DNA of 64,000 nt, taken from the human T2T-CHM13v2.0 reference genome, Homo sapiens. Of this stretch, positions 1-12,599 are shown piece after piece (the stretch's first letter is position 1; each line of letters begins with the position of its first letter). The notes below the pieces were generated by a model. It was not told where the DNA came from and made no database searches. It saw only the letters and a program-made list of their open reading frames with translations. Position numbers and translations under genes: made by a program. The stretch lies in the NCBI RefSeq assembly GCF_009914755.1, contig NC_060928.1. One strand, given 5' to 3'.

Positions 1-140
1 AGCAAGAGGCTTTCTGGATCCAGTTGCTGCCCAGTGTCCTAGTTAAACATGACATTTTCTCAATCATTCTGCCTGAAATTTCTCTGATATCTTTTTATAA
101 AGACCTTGCTGGCTCAGTCTTCATGCAGCCTCAGTACTTT

Positions 141-648
141 GCATTATAATCCATTAGCTTATGATGATTACAACTAACGCAAAACTTAGAGATGTAAAGC
201 AACAGCCATTTTCTGCATCTCACAATACTGGAGGCTGCATGGATGTTTCTTCTGATCTGGTCTCCCATGCATCTATGGTAAGCTGTGAGACAAGCTGATG
301 GCTGCACCTGAGATGGTCTCTCTCATACATCTGGTAGCTGTCTGGCTGTCAGCTGGGATGCCTTGGTTCTCCTCAGTCTGGCTTCCTGGCTCCAATAGGC
401 TAGCTTGAGCTCTTTCATAGGGCAAACTTAGGGTTCCAAGAACAGCAAGAGGATAGCCTCAATGCAACAGTGCTCTCTAAGCCTCTGCTTCAGGCATTTT
501 GCTGAAGCCCTGCTGACCAAAGCAAGTCACATGGCCAACTCAGTTTTATGGGATACCTTGATGGAGGTGATTTGCACTGCCACATAGCACAACAGAGTGT
601 GCTGCAGACATGAAAAGATTTTTATGGCCAATTTTGCAATGTCTCACA
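141..648 (-). mobile_element. Old MaLR (MLT1-type) solo LTR
   Basis: Resembles reverse MLT1 consensus: 'caaaacttagagatgtaaagcaacag', 'ccaaagcaagtcacatggccaa'; ends '...gtctcaca'. Boundaries approximate. Confidence 0.7.
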
Positions 649-1189
649 ATTAAATTTGCTATTTTTGTTTTATTTGCTAGTTCACACATTCTGGAAATAA
701 TGAAGGTATGGCACTCCTTCTATGTGAACAAGTCTTCTGCAGAAATTCTGAGATTGCTTTCTTCAAAATGTCCTCTGTGGGAGTGTTACCAACGCCTCTG
801 GCTTTGGTTAGAAAAAGATGACTTTCAGGACTTAGCATTGATGGAGAAAGTCTCTCCCTTATTATTCATAAACTGTTTGTTCCCTGCATCTGCTCAAATG
901 TCTCCACTCCCCCATCCTATCCCCTTCTGAGTATTATAACTGGGGTCAAGAATGACTTCCTGACTATCTTGCTGTGATTCTACAGTTCTACTGATTTATA
1001 CTCACTTAAGTGGGCATTACGTTAGAGTTGGGGTTAATACCTTCTCTAATTCTCTGATAATGAAGTTAGTCATAGCCTCTAAACAAACTTTATTTTTTAG
1101 TTAACAGACTTTGTTGATTATTTTGAAATTCTAGTATATATAACTCCTCATTAGCCATAGCCACATACTGCATTACTACCAGCAAAATA

Positions 1190-1470
1190 ATAATAATAAT
1201 ACCATCTACTACATATTTTCTAAATGCCAGGAAACTTATATATAATAATTTTATCTCTTTTATGACTACTTACTCATGATGAAACAGCATCTGAGAAATT
1301 ATATTGATTTAAAATCAAAGGCATGGTTTCAAATTCAACTCTTCCAATTACTGGCTGAGCAAACCTATCAGACCTACACATATTTAATCTGTAGAAATGG
1401 CTGTTAAGTTAATACACAACTGAAAATGTTACTGTAAAAATGAAATTAGGTAGCGTACGTGAGGAAGCAT
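1190..1470. mobile_element. Degenerate MIR fragments
   Basis: 'ggtttcaaattcaactcttccaattactggctg...atctgtagaaatgg' resembles the MIR core; a reverse MIR-like piece precedes it. Confidence 0.5.
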
Positions 1471-2714
1471 TTTAGGGTGATGAAGAAGAACATCCATAAT
1501 CCTGAGAGTCAGTGTGGTTCAGCAGGAAACTAGAGGCTTGAGTTTATAATTAGCTTAGCTGCTTTCTAGTTGGAAAGAAAGAGAAAGAGGAAAATGAAGA
1601 AAGATTTAGAAAGGTAAAGTCACTATGCTTTGACTCTGATTTCAACTGTACAAAGATCTTTTGAGCACATACAACCTGACAGACACCAGGACACCCAGAA
1701 ATGTACACACTATAGAAGCTGAATCTGGGATTAATGGGACTTTTACCAAAATAAACAAACAAAAATAAAATAATGATTTTTCAAATAAAATGAAACATCT
1801 AAGTTTCAGTCCTTGGACTAGAATGCTTTCCCCCATGTATCCACACAGTAAATTCCTAAAGTTGTTTTTCTTTAAAGCAGGATTTCCAGTCCTGAGATAC
1901 GATAAAGGGCCAAAGACTGAGTAGGACAATATGCAAGTGCCCCTTTTTAATCATGTGCTTTCTTTCTTGCCACACAAACGTAAGGGCATGAATGGGAGGT
2001 GGCAACCTCACATGTAGCTACACTACTTTCATTCCAGTCATCTCTGATTAATTACTGGCTTCAAAACTGTGAGTGAATGCATGAGCCCCTCCATCTCATC
2101 TCTCAGATTTACCCTGCACAAATATGTTCTTGTTCATTAAGCATTCATGAACATTTTTTCAAAAGCACATTGAATTATTCACACACAAATAGATGTTCAG
2201 GAATTATGTAACTGTGAATGTTCAGCATGGTCTGACAGTGGAATATGCTCTGGCAGTTCAAGAATTCAAGTTCAAATATATTTCCTACCTGAGGAAAAAA
2301 GAAAAGATTTGTGCAAGAAGAAAGAGTTTAGCTTTCTGGTAAACAATGTCAGTGAAGATGATGTCTTTGCCTCAGTTTGAAGAACATAAAATGTAAAATT
2401 TCTATCATAGCCTATATATATAATATATGTGTGTATATGTATAAACAAATATATGGCAAGACGTGTACATGTAAACATAAACAAATATGTCTGAATGTAG
2501 TTTTATGAATTTTAATAGCAATTTAGTATCTTTGGACAGTTAATATCCTCTGTGAACCCCTCCTTGAAACGAACAACATCTACCCCTATTTTCAAAGTGT
2601 CATGTCTATACTTTTTTATAAAGAGGCTGAGAGTGAACATGGTAAATCTGATCACTTAAAGAGAGAGAGAAATCTGCTAATATATACTACTCAAAGATTA
2701 CTGCTCAATCTCTC

Positions 2715-2736
2715 TTTTTTTTTTTTTTTTTTTTTT
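2715..2736. repeat. Poly(T) tract
   Basis: Uninterrupted T run of about 22 nt. Confidence 0.9.
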
Positions 2737-5104
2737 GCCAAAAGCAGTAATCTAATAACTTCCATTAAACTTTCAATGAACTTCAATTGAGAGCCTTCCT
2801 GGAGGCCTTTTCCTAAACAAACCATGCATAGTACCACAGAACAGCTTTTTGTTTTGTTTTTATTTATTTATTTTTTGTTACTTTTTCTCTCTTCTATTTT
2901 TGGGCTCTTTCCAAAGAAAGAGCAAATCAAGTGATTGACATTCAGTGAAAGAGGGACCTCCTTACCTGCAAAGAGCTACTTCATTTCTCAATACAATTAT
3001 TTTTGTAATTACTCTTTTGAGAGGGGGAACCTCTATTATAAGAACACAATTGCATTAGAAAACTAATTAGAGATCCTTATTCTTTCAGTACATTCAGGCA
3101 GAGAGTTGTATTTGTAAAATCATTTTCTGCCAAAAAAAGTGCTTCTAGCTTCATGCTTCATTTTCATAGAAATCAATATAGAAAGATTGACTTCTCCTTC
3201 CCCCACAGAATGCAATGAATGTAGATGCTCTCAGGAGTTGGACCGGATACATTCTTACTGAAATTAGGAAACATAATGAGGAGATTCACCAGCTACTGTG
3301 TGTTGACACAAGACTCAAAAGAAGCAGGGAGAGAAAAATGAATGTTGTTGATGCCATCACTTGAGGAATGTAACACAATGGGCTGGGCTGAGTCTGCAGA
3401 GAGATGAGATGCATCCTCCCAGAACGAAGGTGTTCTCTGGGTACGTCTTGCACTTTGCAAGTGTCTCTATTGATTTTATCTGTAAATTTCAGGTTTATTC
3501 TTTTTGGAACCTCCTTTCCATGAGATCTGTGGTACAACAGACAAACTGGGGTCTCTGTTCCTTTCCACGACTGAAAGGTACTTTATCAAATTATTCCATT
3601 TTTTTTTTTTTGAATGAGACATATTTCCCTGAACTGAGCCTTCTGCCTCTATGACAGAATAATCTTGTCTACAATGATAAGCACTGTTGGGAGCAAAGCA
3701 TTTTGTCTGACATAGTTAACTGTATGCATTAAGAAATTCTGAGCAAAACAATGACTGCTTTCTCATTTCAGTTTTTTTTAAGCATCTTCAAAGGATATTC
3801 TGTATATCAGCCAAAAAATTGAATCTTTTAATCAACTCATTTAAGAAGGGTTTTATTCAATTCCACAAGAATGGTTATTGTGTGTAATAATAAAGGAACT
3901 GCTATTTATTGTCTACAATGTTCCATGAATTAGATAAACAGTATCTCATTTTAATTCCTATAATAGTTGTGTCGCATACTAAGATTTCCACTTGACAGCC
4001 TGGAAAATTCAGGTGCAGAGAGGTTAAGAAATGTCTTCCGGTTGTATAGTGCTTGAATTAGCATCCCTTCCTCAGAAAATTTGGCACCCCTGCTCAGTGG
4101 CTTTCTCCTCACTGCCTTCCAGAATAGGAGAGTAGGGTCATCAGAGACTGTTCACACCAGGTTCCTCTGTTTTACCCAACTCATCTTAACTCACTCCCCT
4201 GCTGCTTCTTGACAGATTCTCTCCATCCCACAACTGACTGAATTAATTACAACCCCAATGGAATGTACTTATGCTACTCCTATCCCTCTCTCATGAGAGC
4301 AAGTCCTAATATTAGCAGCCTCCTCTATTAGGATGACTAGGTTTAAAATTTGTTGTCAAGAGGCTGCCCTTTTACTTGCCAGGTACTAAGTCCCTACCCT
4401 TAATCCCAGCCCTGACACAGTCACTTGTTCTTTTTGTACACATTCCTCAGACTCACTGCCAACCCGTATTTCCATGCATCACTGTTTCTGCAGGTTAAGA
4501 TGGTAGCTAATTAGCATGACTGATGGGCCCTCTCCTACCCGCCAAAAAATATTGGTATGAAAAGGCTCACAATAGAATGACTGTTGAAAGTGTATAGCTA
4601 TGGACAATGAAGTCCACAGGACAAACTTCCAGGAAGTGGTAGTTTGTGATACTGTATTCTATGTAAAGATACATTGAGAAACACATTCTTGCATCTCTAC
4701 CAGATGTTCCTGACCTTGAACCAGAGCATGGTGGGAGCATGTTGGTGCATCCAGGCTCTCCATGGTTACTGTCCGCTAAGTGTTCCCATGGTAGACCCAT
4801 TCTTTCAGCAAAGTGTAACTCAGGAACACAGTCAGGAATCTCTCAGGGAACGTTTTAGCCTTTCAGTCTTTAAATCCCAACCTAGCGCTGCCTCAAACAC
4901 TTTTTGATTGTATTTCCTTTGATACAAAAGAGGAATGCTTTCATGTTATCAAAAGTATGCTAATCATAAGGAAAAGTAGTGAAAAATAAAAGCACGAGAC
5001 AGAATGAGAAGCTCATCTATAGGCCGGGATACCTTTAATTTTAAAGATCTTTTACCATCAGTCAAATTTTTCTCCTGCTTTCATTATGTCTAAGGTAAAA
5101 AGTG

Positions 5105-5569
5105 TATTTCTATTTGGGTTTATACAGAATTGGCTCCTGAGACTAGGATTTGAGTCAAAGAGTGTGTCTAGGAATTTGGGAGATGATCTCAAGAGGCACT
5201 AGTAAGGGAAGGGGGAAGGTAGATCAGTCAGGGTAAGAAGCAAATAAAAGGTGTGTTTTGAAGGAGATTAGCACTTGAGTTGATGTGTGGACAACTTGAG
5301 TTCAACTATGCCAGGGAACTCTGTAGAGCATATCACAGTTATCCTACCTGGGGATTGAGGAAGTTGGGCTTCTTGTCCTTGAATTTTCATCTGTCAGTAG
5401 TAGAGGGGTACTCCCAGAGCTGCAGGCTCAGTAATTCCAGCTTATAATGAAGGCTGAGAAAAATCCCTCAGGTAGAGGGCCCTACCTGCCTTCAGTGAGA
5501 GACTGTTGGCAGGTGCTAAGATGATTAGTGACAAGGGAGGTGAGCAGAGCAGCAACAGAACCTGCTACA
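5105..5569 (-). mobile_element. ERVL LTR (LTR33/LTR16-like)
   Basis: 'cctgagactaggatttgagtcaaag...tttgggagatgatc...gcaaataaaagg'; the end 'aacagaacctgctaca' is the reverse of a TGTAGCAG LTR start. Confidence 0.6.
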
Positions 5570-5629
5570 GTGTGTTATTTTACAAACTGAAATAGAAGCT
5601 CTGTTCTGGATGTCTTGCCACCTTTAAGA

Positions 5630-5830
5630 GGCAGTGTGTAGCAACAGAAAGGCTAAAAGCTTGAAACTATAGAGAACGGACCTCCGTTTGAATCCCAGCT
5701 CTGCCAACAAAGAACGACATAACCCTGGGGAAATTACTGGTGTTCTTGAGCCTTAGTGATGGACAGCAACAGCTGTATCTCCACGCTATTTTGATAATTC
5801 AGTTAAGGAAAAACTGCAGTTAAAATGCCT
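5630..5830 (+). mobile_element. MIR SINE
   Basis: 'gaggcagtgtgtagc...tttgaatcccagctctgcca...ctgggggaaattac' MIR tRNA-derived head and core. Confidence 0.65.
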
Positions 5831-5965
5831 GGTCCACCGTAGTGTCTTGCCTTGACAATGTTCCCAGCCTCCCCTCTTTGTGTGATGTCCTGGGTGTGAA
5901 GCACTTGCTCCAGGCCCTGCATAGGCTTCTCTAGAATTTCCCTAATTCCAGTTCACAAAGCACCC

Positions 5966-6332
5966 TGGATTAGTTTGTTTTCAAACTGCTGATAAAGAGA
6001 TACCCAAAACTGGGCAAATTAAAATAGAAAGAGGTTTAATTGGACTCACAGTTCCACATGGCTGGGGAGGCCTCACAATCATGGCAGAAGGCAAGGAGTA
6101 GCAAGTCACATCTTACGTGGATGGCAGCAGGCAAAGAGAGTTTGTGCAGGGAAACTCCCGTTTTTAAACCATCAGATCTCATGAGACTTATTCACTATCA
6201 CAAGAACAGCACAGGAAAGACCTGTCCCCATGATTCAATTACCTCCCACCAGGTTCCTGCCATGACACATGGGAACTGTGGGAGTTACAATTCAAGATGA
6301 GATTTGGGTAGGGATACAGCCAAACCATATCA
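5966..6332 (-). mobile_element. THE1 (THE1B/C-like) MaLR solo LTR
   Basis: Close to reverse THE1 LTR: 'ctgctgataaagagataccc...ggactcacagttccacatggctggggaggcctcacaatcatggcagaaggc...cagccaaaccatatca'. Confidence 0.92.
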
Positions 6333-7235
6333 CAGACCTTTCCCCCAGAGGATCAATTCACAGAATGACTGTACCTTTCTCATGACACCTCATCCAATTT
6401 TCTCCTGGAAATGAAATAGTTTTAGTCTTTAAAACCAGCAGAAAAGCCAAAGGTAAATACATTAGTTGCATTTGTACAATATGTCACATACTGATCCAAA
6501 TTTCCCACCCCAGCAGCAAGACAGAAACCTGTATGTTTAGGGTTTCATGATGCTGAGGATAGAAAACAATGTTTCAGATGTTCTCGAATCAAAGGAGGAA
6601 ACTGAATTAAGATACCAGTGGTTAAGAAGTCCATAGGGATGGCAGGTGGTTTAAAGGAATGTTTGTGTCAGTAAATAAGAGAAGGAAATCTGAATTGCTT
6701 ATTGAAGCAATGGTAGGACAAAAGCATTTAAAGAGGTTTATAGTGTGGAGCAGTATATGGTGCTTTGGAAGAAGAACTTCTACTATCTTTTTCACACATA
6801 TATCCCCCAGCGTCTAGAATAGTAAACAGAGTGTAATGTGGCCCACAGAAAGTTATTGGATGAATGAATACATGGGTGAGTTCTCTGAGGCAGTCCCTCT
6901 TGAGGGGTTTTTGAAAGGGCAACAGTGAAAAAAAGGTCAGGAAGAGTGCTACTGTCTACAAAAGCAGTGGGATATTCTCTCATGCTTTTTACCTTACAAA
7001 CCATTGCTCTCATATGCAACAGCAAATTCATTTTCTTGTCATTCCCTAGACCAATGTGATGCTTCGTTAACTGCCCATGTACTTTGTGTTTTCATTGTTG
7101 GAGACTTTCCTTCCTTTGAATTATACAAAGTAGTATAGCAGTCCCATGAACCCTTGGTACTCCCAGCTCTCCAGAATACATTTGAACACCCTTCCACACC
7201 ATCAACACACACACACACCTGGTCTGGGATGGTTT

Positions 7236-7450
7236 CCAACATAGCAAGATGCCATCTCTGCAAAAACAAACAAACAAATAGCTGGGTGTGGGGGCACATG
7301 CCTGTAGTTCCTAGTTGCTTGGGAGGCTGAGATGAGAGGATCACTTGAGCCCAGGAGTTCAAAGCTACTGTGGGCTATGATTGTGCCATTGCAATCCAGC
7401 CTGGGTGACAGAGCAAGGCCTTGTCTCAAAATAATAATAATAATAAAAAT
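7236..7450 (+). mobile_element. AluJ, left arm mostly missing, (AAT)n tail
   Basis: 'gaggatcacttgagcccaggagttc...gctatgattgtgccattgc' are AluJ diagnostics; starts abruptly at 'ccaacatagcaaga'. Confidence 0.9.
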
Positions 7451-8845
7451 AAAGTGGTGCTGGAACAACTGGGCATCCACATATAGGAAAAAAGAAGAAT
7501 CTAGATACAGATCTTCTGCCTTTCATAAAAATTAACTGAAAATCAATCATAGGCCTAAATATAAAATGCAAAACTGTAAATTCCAGAATATAACAATAGA
7601 GAAAAACTAGATCACCTTGAATGTGGTCCTGACTTTTTAGATACAACATTAGAAGCATAATCCATGAAAGAAAAAAAATCATTATAAGTTGGACTTCAGT
7701 AAATCGTTTAAAACTTATATTCTGCAAGATAATTGTTAAGAGAATAGAAAGATGAACTAAAAACTGGAAAATATTTGAAAATGCCTATTACATAAAAAGG
7801 ACTAGTAATCAAATTATACCAAGAACTCTTTGAAACTCAACAATACAAAATTAAACAACCCACTTAAAAATGGGGAACAGGCAGCTCACTGATATGCAGA
7901 TGACAAAAAAAACCAACACTTTAAAAGATGCCCAACATCATATATCATCAGGGAATTGCAAATTAAAATAAGATACCATGATATCCCTACTAGAATGGCT
8001 TATATTCAAAACGCTGACACTACCAATTTTAGCTAAGGATGTGGAACAATAGGAATTCTCATTCATTGTTGGTGCAAATGCAGAATTGGTACAACCACTT
8101 CAGAAGAAAGTTTGTCAGTTTCTTATGAAACTAAAGAAACTCTTACCATGCAATCTAGCAATTTAGCTCCTTGAGTTTCACTCAAATGAGTTGAAAACTT
8201 ATGTCCACACAAAAACTTGCACACATATGTTTATGGAAATTTTACTTTTATTTTCCAAACTTGGAAGTAACCAAGATGTTCTTCAATACATGAATTAATG
8301 TATGTGGTACATCCATACGATGGAATATTATTCAGAGATAAAGGGTAATGAGCTATGAAGCCACAAAAAGACATCGAAAAACATTAAATGCATATTGCCA
8401 AGTTAAAGAAAACATTCTGAAAAGGATATTGTATGATTCTAACTATATGACATTCTGGAAAAAGCAAAATTACGAATACAGTAAAAGTAGTGATTGCCAG
8501 GGGTCAGGGGAGAGAGGGAGGTATGAAGAGAAGGTGGAGTGCAGGATATGTTTAGGGCAATGAAACTATTCTGATGATACTATAATGGTGGATACATGTC
8601 ATCTTACACTTTTCAAAAACCATGGAATGTATAACACCAATAGTGAACTCTATCTAACATGAAGTATGAACTTAATATATCAATATCAGTCCATCAATTA
8701 CAGCAGATATACCTTATTAATGCAATATATTAATAACAGGGGATACTGAGGGGACGGGTGTGAAAGTATATAAGAGAACACTTTGGATTTTTACTCAATT
8801 TTTCCATAAATCTAAAATTTCTCTAAACATTAATGTCTGTTGAAA
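7451..8845 (+). mobile_element. L1M (L1MC-like) ORF2 3' end plus 3' UTR
   Basis: 'tggtgctggaacaactgg' (ORF2 WCWNNW), 'aaaacttatgtccacacaaaaac', and L1MC-type 3' UTR 'gatactataatggtggatacatgtcat'. Confidence 0.85.
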
Positions 8846-11800
8846 GCACTACAAACTAATTCACCAAAATAGTCAGGCAACCATACCTTTGTAGTCTGAA
8901 GCTGATTATATCTGTATCTAAGAAAACTGCTCCTTGGAGAATTTATACTGTGCATTTTATAACATTGTAAAAGTCACACATATTCAGAAAAGCAAAAAGG
9001 AAATAAAAATAAAATTCTCATGGAATACTACCACCCAGATACAAGGACCATTATGTTGGGTGAATGCTTAGAAATTAATATTATGTATTTCTTTGGGCAC
9101 TATGTATTTCTGACATTTAATTTGATAAGATCTTGCCTTAACAGTGTGTAGGCATCCTGACACCAAAGACTGCATTTTTCATAAAGTTTATTTCACAGCA
9201 CCATGCATAAAGTATCTGGTAAATACATTTTTCCTAATTGATTAATCCATGGGGTACCTCTTTGCAGACATGCTTCAGCGATAACAGTTCCTCCTGCCTT
9301 CAGTCTCATATTTGAGTTTAGGGTCAACTGAGTGAAAAGAAAGTGGTTGGATAAGCAGAGAGCTCCACGATTGTCTCAGAAGTGGGATAATGGAATGGAA
9401 AGACCTAATCAAGCAGGTTCTCATTCAAGACTCCCCCTTTTCTGGGCACAGTCCTAAAAAATAATTCCTCTAAGCCTCAGTCTCCTCTTTATAAAACGGG
9501 CAATTATTAAAAATGCACCTTCCTGTTCGCAGTAAATCCAGTAATCCTTAATTTTTCATCTCCATACCTTTCTTTAGCTAACATAGGCGATCTAAATCTC
9601 TTTGGTAGACTCTTGCAAAAGTAGTTAAATAGTTTTATTTTTACTCTTCATTCCAGTTTAAACTGCTCTTTCTGACCGAATACGCTGCAGAGTTGAAGGC
9701 CTGCTATTTATAAACAGCGTGACTCTCCTATTTTCAAAGGGACTCTATTTTTAACTTTCGCAAAATCACCAAGATTTTGTGTCTGTTAAAAGAAAAATCA
9801 TGCAGCAGAGATTTTTAAAGTAAAGAGTGGGATGCAAAACTATTTCCTAGAGAATAAAAGCACACACTTTTAATTTTTAAAAGTACTTTATAGGAAGCTA
9901 GGTAACTAGATTATCTACCAGAATGTTAGATCTGAGAGGGAAACAACAAATTATCTGGTTCACACCTTCTATTTATGGATGTAGAAATTGAGTGCTAGAG
10001 AGAAACCTTGTTCAAGGTCGCTCAGCTACCTACTACGAGAACTAGAATTAACACCAAAGGGTCTTAGTCTGTTTCAGCAAAGACAAATAAATAAAATGAA
10101 CACTGAATGAAGATAACTACTCATGAGATAATGTTATTAATAAGTCATGGTTAAATACACAATTTCACTATCCTCTTTCCTGATACCAGTGAGGGAAGAT
10201 TTCCTAATACTGGGACCTCTGAATGGGACTTATTTTCCTAAGGGATAGCTTTAAAGTATATATGTAAGTTGGGAAATATTTATGTACAGTTTTTCTCTGA
10301 ACCTTTCTTTCCATGTGCCAAAGAAGTAATAGTACAGTGTTCCAGCCATATTAGGCATCTCTTTCTTTGTACACTTTCTTTATTCTTCTACGTAAATGCT
10401 GGATTCAGATTTATGCTTGTATAGGGGAAGGCATAGGCCAGTCTAGAGTTAACATGGGCACAAGTACACTCTCCCATGATTTCTACTTCTCTGTATTCAC
10501 CTTTGTTTCCATCACTGCTCTGTGAAATACTTTGGATGGTGAGTTTCAAGTTTAAGCTTAGAGAGAATGAAGCTACCCTGGTCTTAATCCTCAATAAACT
10601 CTGTCTCCACACAGTGCATCAGACCTCACTATGATCTCTTGCTTGGGACAAAGATCCAGCTACTGGTAAAGTGTTGTTCTGCCTTTTATTTGCCTTATTA
10701 TTTAGAGCAATGGTTTGCAGAAAGAAGCAGGTAACAAAGACAGGGTATTAGTGTTCCTAGATTCCCTGGACTAACTCCTTCTACCATATTAAATAATCTT
10801 AAATAACCTCAAACTTACATTAGATCCAGTTGGGTCTCTTACATGGAGCACCTATAATGAATTCATTAGACACTGTCTGAGCTGTGTTACATGCATTCTT
10901 TCTAATCCTCAATAGCGCCGGAGGAAATAAAACTCTGAGATTAAGGAGTAAAATTCTAGACTATTAGGTTGCAAAGTGTTCTTACTTCCCAACACTAATG
11001 GATAGAAACAAAGGCTGATACTTAACAAAAGGATAGATTGTATTTAATATTTAATTTACAATTAATTTATTCAAATTCATTTTTAATTCAACCAACACCA
11101 CCAGCAACCCTAACAGCATTTGTTAAGGATAATATTATCCATTTTACAGTTGTGGAAATTGAGGCATATGAAAATTATATGAGTTGCTCAAAGTCCAACA
11201 GTTTCGTTGAGACATAACAGAGGCTGAAGCCCAGGGATGGCAATTTCATAAATAACTCTTCCATAACAGCAGCACTCTAGATTTGGCTTGAGCAATGATT
11301 GATGCTCCCTTTGAGAAAGTGCTTTATAAAGACACACACATTTGTGCATGGTGTGCCTGAAGTTCTGGGAATGCACTACAAATAGGGTAATCAGGCAAAG
11401 TCACAGAGAGCCAGCTCAGGAAGAACTAGGAAGTTATTAAGATTTCTCTATCCTGGCCATGTCATGGTCGGGAATAAATAGCAGCTTTCAATAGGGATGT
11501 CTGAAAAACAAAATCGGAAGGAGGAGTTGTGACTAAGGTCTTATAAATCCCAAGGCTTTCCTGACCAAATGGAAGTTCATGTGCTGGGTAAACAGAAAAA
11601 GTCTAGTGACAACCAAAGTATGTGATTGAAAGAACTACCAGCTACAGTCAATAAAGGTGATTTATTTAAAGTCAATTACTTGAAAGTCAGCGGAATCAGT
11701 GTTGTTTGTTTTACCTTGAGTACTATGCCCTGTCTTTTCTGCACTGGGAAAAATGAAAAGGACCCAGGTAAAATGTCACTTCTGTGAAAGCTTTGCTCAT

Positions 11801-11879
11801 CCCATAGTTAGTTACTCCGTTACATATCTTGCATATTACTCTGTATTATAAATATAATAATTTACTAATCATTCTCTGC

Positions 11880-12525
11880 CTGAGTTAGTTTGGTTTCTAC
11901 CAGGGAAGTAGCCCTACTATAAGTAATATGAAATAGAGGATTGATTTTGGGGGTAAGCCACACATAATTGTGGGAGGTGAATAAGTCTGAGGAAAGTTGT
12001 TCCTTCAGCATCTGGCAGTAGACCTAAAGTCATTGAAGGTCAGCAAAGCCATCAGTCGGGGAAAAAATATAAAAGTGAAATTGGGGACGGAAAGGAACAA
12101 CTGGAATCTGTAAAGAAAAAAAAACCTATGAGGGAAACTGGAACCCACATCTGCACTGCCTCCAACATCAGCAATGCAGTTGGCCATGAAAAGAAGATGA
12201 TGTCCTTTGCCACAAGGCTAAATGCTAATCTGGTTCAAGACTTAGAGAAGATGAAAGAGGAAATCCAGTAAAAGTGGTGGAGCTACTCCAAGCCCAGCTA
12301 CTGTCCCATGATAGCAATTAAATCTAAACCTCAGCAATAACATGGAAACATGCAATGTTTTTGTCACCAGAAACCAACATTTGCTGGGTAATAATGGCTC
12401 TTTCACTTCCACATTCTACATCATGATTAACTTTCCTTGTGTCAAACCTAACCTGGATTTGTATAAGGAAAGGGATTCTGGAAAGGTACAGCTTAATTAA
12501 GTTGACATGGTAAAAAACAAAACAA
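11880..12525 (-). mobile_element. Ancient ERV-type LTR, subfamily uncertain
   Basis: 'aacctaacctgg...aagggattctggaaagg...aagttgacat' and 'aaactggaacccac' resemble the reverse of old ERVL-class LTRs. Confidence 0.5.
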
Positions 12526-12599
12526 AACAAAAAACAAAACTATTTTAGACTATAATCTCAAAGAGATGCTGCATGCCTTATTTTTTGTAACATCTAAAA

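Noticed and set aside
5961-6337. TSD around the THE1 solo LTR
   Set aside because: Flanks caccc/cagac match only 3 of 5, so a TSD cannot be supported.
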